Origin: an uncultured bacterium
GTDB taxonomy: Bacteria; Verrucomicrobiota; Verrucomicrobiia; Limisphaerales; UBA8199
Assembly: GCA_963749495.1 (NCBI GenBank)
Contig: CAVVMW010000022.1
Coordinates: 224,001 to 288,000 of the forward strand
DNA length: 64,000 nt
Reading direction: 5' to 3'
Shown: piece after piece, positions 31,284 to 41,347 of the stretch
Layout: every line of letters begins with the position of its first letter
Numbering within the stretch: the stretch's first letter is position 1
The notes under the pieces: generated by a model
What the model was told of the DNA's origin: nothing
What the model saw: only the letters and a program-made list of their open reading frames with translations
Databases searched by the model: none
Made by a program: the position numbers and the translations under genes

Positions 31284-32045
31284 GTCGAAACGCCCAACGC
31301 CAATCTGGTGGCGGGAATGCGCTGGCTGCTGAGCAGCTATACCATCCGGCTCAACGGCCGGCACAAGCTTTCCGGTCACGTGTTCAGCGGACGCTACAAG
31401 GCGATTGTGGTCGAGGGCAGCGGCAACGGGTATCTGCGCACGGCCTGTGACTACGTGCATCTGAATCCGGTCCGGGCAGGGCTGTTGGGTAGGGAAGAAC
31501 GCTTGTTGGAGTATCCCTGGAGCAGCTTGGCTTGGTATTTGGCCGCGCCGGAACACCGACCGGGCTGGATGCGGGTGGACCGCTTGCTGGGCGAACACGG
31601 GATCCAAAAAGACACCGCTTGCGGACGAGAGCAGTTTGAGCGGCAGATGGAGCGCCGCCGCACCGAGGAGGACGATGCGGCCCAATGGAAACCACTAAAG
31701 CGCGGCTGGTGTCTGGGCAGCGAGGAGTTCCGCGCCAAGCTGTTGGAGCAGATGGACGCGCGCCTGAGTGATCAGCATTCGGGGAAGTTGAGGCGTGAGA
31801 GCGCCGAAGCCAAAGGGGAGCGCATCGTTGCGGAGGAGTTGAAGCGTTTGCGATGGAGCCAGGATGACTTGAAGGGGCACTTGAAGGGCGACCCGGCAAA
31901 GCTGGCCCTGGCGGCGCGGTTGCGGCGCGAGACCACCTTGACCGTCCGCCAAATCGCCGAGCGGTTGCACATGGGCAGTTGGAAGAGCCTGAACAACAAG
32001 CTGTATCTGCGCCGCAAGACCGAGCCGGAGGAGGTCAAAAAGTGA
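31284..32045 (+). pseudogene. 5'-truncated Y1 transposase (HUH motif lost)
   Basis: Begins VETPNANLVAGMRW and is collinear with 13354-14292 downstream of the HUH motif. Confidence 0.88.
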
Positions 32046-32144
32046 AAAGTTATGGTTTGACCCCTCCTCTTCCAATGGGTTTTAGAGAAGCCCGGCCCCG
32101 GAAGGTTGACAGGGGCTCGCCCTGCATGACAGAATGGTAAAGCT

Positions 32145-32405
32145 ATGAGCCAATTACTGCAAATCGAGGTGCCTGACGATGTGCTGCTGGGGCTGCAAAA
32201 GGAGCCAAAGCAGTTGGCGGCGGAGATGCGTATTGCGGCGGCGGTGAAGTGGTATGAGGTGGGTGTCCTGAGTCAGGGCAAGGCCGCCGAAGTGGCCGGC
32301 TTGAGCCGGGCGGCGTTCATCGGCGAACTCACCCGCTTCGGCGTCTCGCCGTTTCAGGAGACGGCGGCGGAAGTCCTGGAGTCCGTTACGCATCTCGGCA
32401 AATGA
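32145..32405 (+). CDS. UPF0175-family putative antitoxin
   Basis: AAAVKWYEVGVLSQGKAAEVAGLSRAAF; TTGACA promoter at 32106. Confidence 0.88.
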   Translation: MSQLLQIEVPDDVLLGLQKEPKQLAAEMRIAAAVKWYEVGVLSQGKAAEVAGLSRAAFIGELTRFGVSPFQETAAEVLESVTHLGK

Positions 32406-32890
32406 GCCCTGCGGTCAGCAACGCGTCACCGTTGATCGTGTTGGCCAAGGCCCATCTGCTGCGGCTGATGCCGCTCCTGTTCTCTGAGGTCATCGTGCCG
32501 CAAGCCGTGAGGGAAGAGATCCTGCAAGGCCCCCCCGGCGACCCGATGCGCCAAGCCCTGCCACACTGCATTTGGTTACGGCCCGTGGTTCTGGATCCGC
32601 CGCTCTCGCCGCTGTCAGCTTGGCAGTTGGGCCGCGGTGAAGCGGAGGTCATCGAATATGCGCGCCTCCATCCAGGGGGCGCGGCCCTTTTGGATGACCG
32701 CGCGGCCCGGCGGGCGGCAGCGAGTCTAGGGCTGAAGGTGCATGGGAGCCTGAGCCTCGTGGCGATGGCGGCGGCGCAGGGGCGCGTCGGGTCATTTTCA
32801 GAGGCGGCGAATCAACTCAAAGCAGCAGGCCTCTACGTCAGCGACGCTTTGGTGCAGGAGGCAGCAAAGCGCCTGACGGGCCGAAAATGA
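32402..32890 (+). CDS. DUF3368 PIN-fold putative toxin
   Basis: VSNASPLI, LGRGEAEVI, LLDDRAAR; ATGA overlap. Confidence 0.88.
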   Translation: MSPAVSNASPLIVLAKAHLLRLMPLLFSEVIVPQAVREEILQGPPGDPMRQALPHCIWLRPVVLDPPLSPLSAWQLGRGEAEVIEYARLHPGGAALLDDRAARRAAASLGLKVHGSLSLVAMAAAQGRVGSFSEAANQLKAAGLYVSDALVQEAAKRLTGRK

Positions 32891-32974
32891 ACTATTGCGC
32901 CGTTGGCGGAATCGCCGCCGAGGGATTGGTTGAGGCGTTTTCGCCGCCCCGTGCGGCGTCAGGCGCTGCGACGC

Positions 32975-33133
32975 CCCCTTGGCCGAGCTGGGCAAGTCAA
33001 CTGGCGGTTTGGACCACGCCGTAGTGAGCAAAGCCCTCGCCCGCTTTGGCCGGCGCCTCGAAGCCGATCCCCGCCTGCGAGAAGAAATAGCCGCAATCCG
33101 GGACCGATTGTCCAAATGACAAGACACGACCCC
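32975..33133 (+). mobile_element. 3' tip and right end of a type A element (third copy)
   Basis: Near-identical to 28870-29028 and 30575-30733. Confidence 0.88.
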
Positions 33134-33245
33134 AATGGGTTTCAGCAAAGACAATATACGTCTTCATGCGGTCTTATTCCCACATTCATCGGCAAGAGTC
33201 AAAGTGTTTCCTGGCGCAAGCCCTGCCGGCAAACCGGATGATCTA

Positions 33246-33704
33246 TCACGGCCGGAGGTGAACATCAATATTCAGAGTGTCGGGTGGACCGCCGCCCACC
33301 GGCTGCTTGTAGCGGAGGGGGAAGAACATACGTTCCGGGATGGGCTCCCAGGACATGACGAGACGATACCAGGGGTGACACCCCGGGAGATCCGAGCGCA
33401 CATCCACACACAATTGTCTATGCCCAACCCCGGCAAGGCCGGGTTGGTAAAGGGGCAGGGTCAGCGGGGTTGTGCCAACGTAGCAGTCGCCCGGCGCGGT
33501 GGCCGACGAGCCGGGAGGCGGCGCGGGAGGTGCCACCAAGTAGGCTGAACCGACATCCACGCCCGAGAGCCAAACCTGTGCCCCAGGAGGGTCACTTACG
33601 ATTGCCGTCATTGGGCGATGATAGGGGGTTGCGCAGCCGGCTAAGCAGAGCAGCGCGGCGATCGGATGCGCGAGATGGAATCGTGTTGTGTTCTTGGGTT
33701 TCAT
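33246..33704 (-). CDS. Putative lipoprotein with PEGA-like domain
   Basis: Lipobox LAGC; IVSDPPGAQVW...VGTTPL. Confidence 0.65.
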   Translation of the reverse strand: MKPKNTTRFHLAHPIAALLCLAGCATPYHRPMTAIVSDPPGAQVWLSGVDVGSAYLVAPPAPPPGSSATAPGDCYVGTTPLTLPLYQPGLAGVGHRQLCVDVRSDLPGCHPWYRLVMSWEPIPERMFFPLRYKQPVGGGPPDTLNIDVHLRP

Positions 33705-33826
33705 GGGGCTGAGGTTACTCCGCCGAAAGCCGAGTTGGCAAGGCGTTTGTGGCGGCCAAGGCGAATGGGCCAATCTTGCGGTGGTTAAGGCTTGACTCAT
33801 CAACAGAGTTTTAGGACATTACCGGC

Positions 33827-34257
33827 ATGCCCTACGCATTTAACGGCATCGGAACCACGTTCTACGGGAAGCGCGACTTCCACGCGGACGGTTCGTTCCT
33901 GACTACCGAATGGGTGTGTCTCCTCTATCTGCCGATCTTCCCCCTCCAAAGCCTTCGCGTCCGTTATCTGGGCCGGCGCCCCGCCGTTTCCCCATTGGCC
34001 GTGGATGGTCGGAGGGTTATGCCGTTGACCAGAAGGGCGCCCCGAACCGGAAGCAAGTCCTGTGCGTTTACGGGTTCGCGTTGTTTTCCATCGGGTGCGT
34101 ATTTTCAGCCATGGCTGTGGCTGTCAACATCTCGAACCCCAACATAGCGTTTCCCATCATGTTTGTTGGCTGGTTGCTCCCGGTTCTCACCCCTTGGCTT
34201 CTCAGGCACCGCGCCAGGCCAATGGTTTGGGGTTCACGAACCCGCACGCGCGAATAG
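33827..34257 (+). CDS. Membrane protein, frameshift near 33980
   Basis: NGIGTTFYG...TTEWVCLLYLPIFPL, then two TM helices in the other frame. Confidence 0.6.
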
Positions 34258-35077
34258 CCTTGACGGATCAACAGACTCTTGGCACATTACAGCATGGGCG
34301 GTAATGTCCTACCTCACTGTTGCTGACGGCAAGGAAAATCTTGCCCGGCGTGCCAAACTGCAAAACGCAGAGGCGGGCAGTGTGCCCTCGTCCCGGCAAT
34401 CGGGGCTATGGGGTCTGAGGCACGGGACGCCTCCGACGCCCCATGTCGGAACACCAACCCACTTCACAGGATAATCCCTCGTCGGTTCAACTCATCCGAA
34501 AGATTACCTTTACTGAGAGCTTCGCGTCAGACGGGACGCGCACGCTTGAAGATATTTCAGAAGTTTTTCTGACTCCAGAGGGCCATCGGGTATCAAGTGC
34601 ATGTGCAGTTCAGGTTGCCCGGGGCGCACTTCGTCCGGGCAGGGATCGCGAAAAACATTCAGGGGAAGCTGGCCGCCAGTACCCATGTCCGGGAGTAATA
34701 ACCGACATCTTTGAGAGGTGGCCACCTCGGGAACAGGGGGCGCTGCCCTAATTCCAGGCTTGGGGTTGTTGAGATTGCAGGCGATCTCGATATGCTCAAG
34801 TTGAGTGTGCTTATCGCCCCAGATGAAGTGAACTTCGCTTCCCAAGGTTACTTTAATTTGGTCAGTCATGGGTTTACTTTTATGTTAAACGCAAATATCC
34901 CCAAACAGGCCCCAAAGGGCAACGAAAATCGAAAACCCCCGCCGGCGCGGAACCGGCATCAAGCGGCCACCGTGCGGTCCTTCTATTGTGCCGCCTGGGA
35001 AGAAAACGGAACCCATTACTACGCCGATCCGGTCACGGGCGAAAAAAGATCCGTCGATCCAAATAGGCGAATGAGGC

Positions 35078-35542
35078 CTACTCTCGGGCGAAGCAACGGA
35101 AGTCCGCAATCTTCGGATCAGAATGCCGCTCTATGCGATTCACAACAGGTTGCCCTAGAAACAAAGTTATCGAGTGCATCCCCCGGCCTTGCGGTCGAAC
35201 TATCTCAATCTGAATCGCTAGCTTTGATTCGTCTCGGGAATGGCGCCAAATAGAGAACTTCCCTACCCCGCAAATCAAAACACGCTTTCCGCTCTCTTGC
35301 ACGATTGTCAATCGGAACTCGACCCATTTGTCGTGCAGATCTTGGTACTTCCATTTGGATACCGTCCACTGCGGGCGGGCCGCATCGTGCAAAGCCTTTT
35401 TGATAACCTCGCTTGGGGTTTGGCCGGAGTCCATGAGGGCTTGATCGATTCTCCTGGCATCCTCGCGCGACACCCGAGCACCGTATAAAACAGCCTGGGC
35501 TTTGTCTTTTGGGATTCTTGGTCTGCCGACTTTTGCGTTCAT
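35078..35542 (-). CDS. Putative RHH-type DNA-binding protein or repressor
   Basis: GRPRIPK...GARVSREDARRIDQAL...PSEVIKKAL; strong promoter upstream. Confidence 0.55.
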   Translation of the reverse strand: MNAKVGRPRIPKDKAQAVLYGARVSREDARRIDQALMDSGQTPSEVIKKALHDAARPQWTVSKWKYQDLHDKWVEFRLTIVQESGKRVLICGVGKFSIWRHSRDESKLAIQIEIVRPQGRGMHSITLFLGQPVVNRIERHSDPKIADFRCFARE

Positions 35543-35546
35543 AATA

Positions 35547-35604
35547 TTTATCTAACAAATATGTTGACATCGATTTTAATTTGTGTTAGATAAAAAGTCA
35601 ACAT
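35547..35604. promoter_or_regulatory. Overlapping divergent sigma70 promoters with inverted operator sites
   Basis: TTGACA-N17-TAGATA (+), TTGACT-N17-TAAAAT (-); TTTATCTAACA / TGTTAGATAAA. Confidence 0.75.
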
Positions 35605-35742
35605 GAAAAACAAAGCTCCGCAACGCGCCAACGTCGCGGAGCGCAACCAAAGGCCGAAGCCCTTGGCGGTGTCTCTGGATGGGGTCAGACCGTAGAAAAG
35701 CCCCTCTTTAGGCTTGACCCGATTCGGAATCGGGAATCCTGT

Positions 35743-35994
35743 AAGGCATCGGGGTCAGATCTTGTCATTTGGACAAATAGGGATAGACGGGATTGGCGGA
35801 AGAGCCCCTCCTGGTGAGTTTGGAGGCCTCGTTGGGGGAGCAGAAAAGCTGCGCATAGTCCGAACTGTCCGCGCTGTCCTTGGACGGAAGGGCTCCAAGC
35901 GGCGCAAAGTGCCCTCCATGAGAAACTCTCGTGAGAAGCCGTTGCTAACTCCGCCATGGAGCTGCTCTTGCCGCCGCCTGTGACCTCCAATCAA
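35743..35994 (+). repeat. Type A left end plus ~220-bp conserved non-coding segment (copy 1)
   Basis: Near-identical direct repeat of 36868-37120. Confidence 0.9.
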
Positions 35995-36039
35995 GAGAAG
36001 GTCTCATGGGAGCAGGGGCTGGCGTTCCGAATCGTCTTC

Positions 36040-36118
36040 CACAGGGAAGGAACAACTCCTCGGCGGCCCTCGGATCACCCGACTGCACGCGATTCAGGAT
36101 GCGCGTGACGTCACTCAT
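36040..36118 (-). pseudogene. N-terminal stub of an ECF sigma factor (TIGR02999-like)
   Basis: MSDVTRILNRVQSGDPRAAEELFLP, then similarity stops. Confidence 0.7.
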
Positions 36119-36319
36119 GCGCGCAAGCGTGCAGGAACACGGCACGAGTGGCAAGGTTGAAAGCCCGCTACGCCCGGTTGCAGGAATCCGGAGAGCTGGT
36201 CCGCACCGCCATAAGTGCCGCCGAAGGCGAGGCGGCGCGTGCAACAGTTTCCGCTACCCGCATCGCAACAAGCTAATCGTGCGACGCCCCCGAAATCCCT
36301 CGCTAGCGGCAGAATGGAC

Positions 36320-36541
36320 TCACTCCAGAAATTCTTCCGCCGTCAACCCGGTTTGCGCGATGATGGCCCGCAGGGTCCCGCGCGGGATGTCGCCGGGATG
36401 ACATGCAACCATCGTGACCCTGCCGGTTCGGCGGTTGATCCAGAACTCGTGACTGCCCTTGCCGGGCCGGACATACTCAAACCCGCGACGGCGCAAGCAA
36501 GCCACCACGTCCCGGTACTTGAGCGCGGGAAGACGACTCAT
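36320..36541 (-). CDS. hicA: HicA-family toxin
   Basis: GFEYVRPGKGSHEFW...HPGDIPRGTLRAII. Confidence 0.92.
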   Translation of the reverse strand: MSRLPALKYRDVVACLRRRGFEYVRPGKGSHEFWINRRTGRVTMVACHPGDIPRGTLRAIIAQTGLTAEEFLE

Positions 36542-36798
36542 GCGGGGAGTGTGACCGGCAACGGCAGGGTCAGGGTCTTGGCCTTGCGTTTGACAACACG
36601 GCGCAAGGCGGGCGGCAACGGCAGTTTCTCGGAGAGATAAACCTCCATCAGGATGCGCGCATTGGCTTGGGCCAGTTCCATGGTTTCGGTCCGCGTGCGG
36701 CCTTGCACCACGAGGCCGGGCAGGTCGGGGCTGGTCGCCAAGAAGCCGCCCTCCGCCAAAGGCTCCATCTTCACACTCAACACGATTTCGGTTTCCAT
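36538..36798 (-). CDS. hicB: HicB-family antitoxin
   Basis: EGGFLATSPDLPGLVVQGRTRTE; ATGA overlap with hicA. Confidence 0.9.
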   Translation of the reverse strand: METEIVLSVKMEPLAEGGFLATSPDLPGLVVQGRTRTETMELAQANARILMEVYLSEKLPLPPALRRVVKRKAKTLTLPLPVTLPA

Positions 36799-36867
36799 GC
36801 TGCGACCTTAATGCAGGCTCTCGGAGTATTCAATCACCTTTCCAGTGGCTCCCGATAGGTCATAGAA

Positions 36868-37120
36868 AAGGCATCGGGGTCAGATCTTGTCATTTGGACA
36901 AATAGGGATTGACGGGATTGGCGGCAGAGCCCCCTCGTGGTGATTTTGGACGCCTCGTTGGGGGAGCAGAAAAGCTGCGCATAGTCCGAACTGTCCGCGC
37001 TGTCCTTGGACGGAAGGGCTCCAAGCGGCGCAAAGTGCCCTCCATGAGAAACTCTCGTGAGAAGCTGTTGCTAACTCCGGCATGGATCTGCTCTTGCCGC
37101 CGCCTGTGAGCTCCAATCAA
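36868..37120 (+). repeat. Type A left end plus ~220-bp conserved segment (copy 2)
   Basis: Direct repeat of 35743-35994. Confidence 0.9.
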
Positions 37121-37371
37121 AAGCGCCCGTTGCCACACGCCTGCCGCACCGCCCAATGAGCCGCCACGGTAAAATCGCCCATCTCCCCCGCGTCATTCGC
37201 CGAAGGTTCAAGCTGCTCGGGCGCCGAGGAGGGCGGGTTACAGACCACGAACAGTGCGCCAGGCGCCACCGACTCAGGACTGCCCACCAGATCCCCCGAT
37301 TAAAGCCAGTTAAAGCCAATGAAACCATTTGCGGTGAAAAAAAGACACCGTGACCGCCGGATGAAGGGCCT

Positions 37372-37568
37372 CGGGGCGATTGACAAAGTCGTAGCGCAGG
37401 TTTCCAAACCTGCTGTATCGCCGACTTCCAGTCGGCAGGGCCTCGGCATATCGAGCGCGCCCTGTTTGAGGAAGGCCTGCGGGTTTGGAAACCCGCGATA
37501 CGGCAGGTTTGGAAACCTGCGCTACGGCGGCGGCTCAGGCGCCCCGAGCGACTTTGTCCATGGCCCTG
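37372..37568. mobile_element. 197-bp MITE (ISAs1-like CAGGGC end) carrying a GTAG-REP doublet
   Basis: 20-bp imperfect TIR CGGGGCGATTGACAAAGTCG / CGACTTTGTCCATGGCCCTG; 10-bp TSD TGAAGGGCCT at 37362 and 37569. Confidence 0.85.
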
Positions 37569-37633
37569 TGAAGGGCCTGAATCCTCCCCGCATTCTCGTT
37601 GCTCGAGGATGGGCCTTTTGGCACGCTCGGTTC

Positions 37634-40600
37634 ATGACACGCAATTCGCTCCTCCTGTGCCTCACCCTGGCGGCCCCGGTGTGGAGCCATGCCGGCGGCC
37701 TCCAACTGGTCCTGCCCCTCGGGCGGACCGCCTATCAAGACAACGAATGGATCCCCATCACCGTCGTGGGCCGGAGCACGGCGCCCGGTGCCGCAGGCGA
37801 ACTGGCGTTGACGCTCGCCGGGGCGGACGGCAGCCGGCTGCTCTTCGCTTTCCCGGGGCGGCCTGCGGGCGCGGCTGCGTCTGGCGCGGTCGAGCATCTG
37901 CGTGTCAATGGCGCTCTGCTCCGGCCCGGGGCCTACGCAATCGAGCTGGCCTGCGGCGCCGACAGCGCCCGGACCAACATCACCCTCTGGAGCCACCTGC
38001 GGCGCACCGACTTCAAGCTCATCAACTGGCGCCAGGCCCAGGCCAAGGACCAGCTCGCACAGGGCGAAGACAGCCTCGGGTTCAATCTCTGTTACGCCAA
38101 CTATGGCGGGCAGAGCAGCCAGGACTTCATCCGGGCGGGTGTGGATTGCACGGCATGTTGCGTGATGAGCGGTGGCCACCAGATGGACCTGAGACAGGAA
38201 TGCGATTGGTCCGATCCCTATGTCATCCGGGGCGGCACGCGGCGGGTGGTGAAGCGGGCCTTCATGGACCGGACCTGGCCTAACGTCCTGGGCGTCCATT
38301 TCTATGATGAGCCGGGGCTGACTTGGAGCCAAGACCCGCAGACGGGCGTTTCGACGCCGCACGCCGTGCCGTGGCAATTGCGCCAATACGAGGCCGCCTT
38401 CGGCCGGCCGATGCTGGACTGGAAGAGCGTGGACGCAGCCGATCCCGAGCAAGCCGCCCGGTGGGGAGAGTGGGCGCGCTGGAAGCTCGGGTTTTTGGAC
38501 GCCGCCTGGCAGGACGCGCAATTCGGTGTCAGGGCAGTCGAGCCGGGATACGTCTCTCTGACGCAGAGCCAGTACGGCTATAGCGCCTTCAGCGACGGCT
38601 ATTATTTCAACGTCGCGCGCAGCTTGCCCATCACCAGCGGCCATGGCGGCTACCACGACTTCGGCCCTGGCTATTTCAATCCCGTGCTCTTCCTCGAATT
38701 GGCCCGCGCCCGCGATTACGCCAAGCCGGACTGGTACTTGCCCACCTGGTACGGCAACACCACCGCCGACCAGTTTCGACTCGAACAATACCTCTGCTTC
38801 CAGTGCGGCTCCAGGGCCTGATCTCGCCGCCCGACATCGACCCCGGCAGCACGCCCGAGCAATCCACCGCCGCCCAGGGCGTGGTCGAATCCAATCACCT
38901 GCTCCAGCGGCTGGGGCCGATCTTCAACACCATGCCCCTGACGCGTCCGCCCGTGGCGTTGCTCTTCTCCCTTTCCCAGTTCCTCCACGCGCAGACCCTC
39001 GACCGGAAGGTGTGCTACGCCCACGAAACCCCTCACGGGCGCAATGTTTCGTTGGTCTATCTGGCCGGAAAGCTCCGCCAATACCAGTTCCTGCCGGTCC
39101 TCGACGAGGACGTCCGCGACGGCACGCTCGCCGCCCATCACAAGGCCCTCATCCTCACCTCGATCGACCACCTGGACGGCGAGGTCATTGCCGGGGTCGA
39201 GCAATTCGCGCGCCTGGGCGGCCTGGTCCTCATGACGGCCGACACGACGGTGCCAATCCAGGGCGCTGTCAAGCTCGATGCCGCCCCCGCGTGGCCCGAC
39301 GCCGAGCGAATCGCCGCGCTCCAGAAGAGCGGCCAGGGCGATGCGGCCAACCAGCTCATGCGGATGCGCCAGGCGCTGGAGGGGGCGCGGCGGCTGGCCG
39401 ACGCTATCAGCCCGCGCCTCGAGCAGGCCGGCATCTACCCGCCGCTCACCAGCACCGAGCCGGGTATCGTGGTCACCCGCCATGCGGCGGGGGATGTCGA
39501 GTACCTCTTTGCCGTCAACGCCACGCACGATCCGAGTGGCGACCCGATGCTCGGCTTGAAGGCAGCCCGGACCACGCTCGGATTGCCCAAGGACGCCCGG
39601 CCCGTCTATGACGCCGTCGGCGGCTGCCGCGCGGCTGCATTCGTCGAGCAGGGCGCATGGCTTCGAGCCGAGCTGGCGTTCGGTCCGGGGCAGATGCGGG
39701 TCTTTGCGCGCACTGCGCGCTCCATCGGCAGCGTGGCCGTGGGCAGCCCCACTCTGCGCCGGGACTATACCCTGGCCCAAGCCCCGCTGCGGGTTGAATT
39801 CAGCGCCGCGGTCCTGGACGACAAAGCCGGCATCCTCAGCGGCTCCATCCCGCTGGAGATCGTCCTCACCGATCCCCTCGGCGCAACGCGCTACGACCTC
39901 TATCGCGCCACCCAGGGTGGCGTGCTAACCCTGGGCCTGCCGCTCGGACTCAATGACCCGCCCGGCGCCTGGACAATCACGGTGACTGATTTGCTGAGCA
40001 GCCGCAGCGGCTCAACCGGCTTCGAGTTGCCCGCAACCCCGGCCTGCTCCGGCGCTGCCGGGTTGGTGCGGCGGGCAGTCCATTGGCCGGCCGACCGCGA
40101 CCGTATCTTCCGCTTCTTCCGCGAGCACAACCAGGTCACCCTCGTCAAAGGCCGGAGCGACTTCAACACTCCCGCCGCCGAGCGCCTCGGCAAACTCCTC
40201 GAACCCTGGAACATCGTTTGCTCGGTCGTCTCCGAGGCGCAGGCCAACCAACCGCGTGCCCTGACCGAGGACGAGGCCCGCACGTGGATCGGCCTGGACT
40301 TTGCCGGGCGCGACGCCATCCAGCCCGGCAGTTCCAATGCCCCCGTGCAAGCCGGCTATGCGCTGCGTGGTCCGGTCATCCTCCTGGGCACGCCCGCCGA
40401 CAATGCGCTCATCCGTTTCGTGGCCGAGCAGCAGTTCCTCCCATTTGCGCCGGACGCCGCCGCCATGCCCGGTCCGGGCCGTGGTTATGTCGCCTGGCAG
40501 CGGGAGGCCATCGGAGTGAACCAGGAGAGCATCGCCTTGATTGCCTTCGACGCCGCCGGCATGGATGAAGCCGTGGGCACGCTCGATGAGTTCCTCGCCG

Positions 40601-41121
40601 GTCTCGAGCCGCTCACGCCCCTTGCCATGCCCCGCTCCAGCGCCATCACTCCCGCCGCCAAAGCCAATCAGCCCCCTCGCCTGGGCATCGCCTGGACTGC
40701 CGCTTTGCCCGATCGCATCACCGGCCTCAAAGCCGCCAGCAGCCGATTCACTGTCCTCACTCACGCCCAGACGGTCAGTGAAGTCAGCGCCGACGGCAAC
40801 ATCCTCGCGACCCGCCAGGTCGCCCCGGAGGAATACACAAACCTCGTTGCGCAACTCCGCCCCGCACCGGAGCCCGCGGCCCTCGCCACCGCCCGGAGCG
40901 CGTTGCCGCCCGGCCGACTCGTGAAACTGGCCGCCGCAGACCGCGACCGGCTCGCCGTGGCTTACTGGGGCGGCACTGTGAGCGTCCTGGACAAGACCGG
41001 CGTTGCCCACGCCTGCCGCCTCCTCCCCCAGGACGTGACCGCCCTGGCTTGGGCCAACGGCCAACTCCTGGCCGGCGATGCCGATGGCAAGCTGCTGGCG
41101 CTCACGATCGACCAGCGGTAA
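37634..41121 (+). CDS. Large secreted protein (~1160 aa), possible glycoside-hydrolase-like barrel; frameshift at ~38810
   Basis: Signal peptide MTRNSLLLCLTLAAPVWSHA; FYDEPG; two ORFs join at FQCG/LQGLISPP. Confidence 0.7.
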
Positions 41122-41184
41122 ATGGCGGCTGGGCGCATCTGGCCGGTAGCACTACCTGAGAGAAAGGCGCGGGTCACTAGCGCA

Positions 41185-41347
41185 ACAGCCCGAAGGGCTT
41201 GTTATCATTCAGCCCAGGGTTGAACGCGCTACCCTGGGTGTCAGGCCACCAAATGCGGAAACCCTGAAAGGGTTTCATCAGCGATGCAACCCTTTCAGGG
41301 TAGTTGCTCAGAGGGCGCGTGACCCAGGGTAGCGCGTTCCGCGCAAC
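41185..41347. repeat. Non-autonomous REP unit of the 51.6-52.3 kb family, interrupted; the remainder lies at 44056-44092
   Basis: ...CCCAGGGTAGCGCGTTCCGCGCAAC continues as CCTGGGCTGAGTGAT after the insertion, as in the intact 52262-52320. Confidence 0.85.

Larger units (their letters stand above)
30980..32064 (+). mobile_element. Type B Y1-HTH element
   Basis: Perfect 24-bp IR GGGGTCAAACCATAACTTTTCACT / AGTGAAAAGTTATGGTTTGACCCC. Confidence 0.88.

Noticed and set aside
34443..35253. Overlapping short ORFs on both strands
   Set aside because: No motifs, and I could not decide which, if any, is real.
28573..37120. Classical integron cassette array
   Set aside because: No attC-type RYYYAAC...GTTRRRY sites or IntI were recognised; the integrase at 43 kb belongs to the IS91-like element.
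37156..37353. ORF starting MSRHGKIAHLPR, possibly another gene stub
   Set aside because: The resemblance to a known N-terminus covers only ~15 residues.
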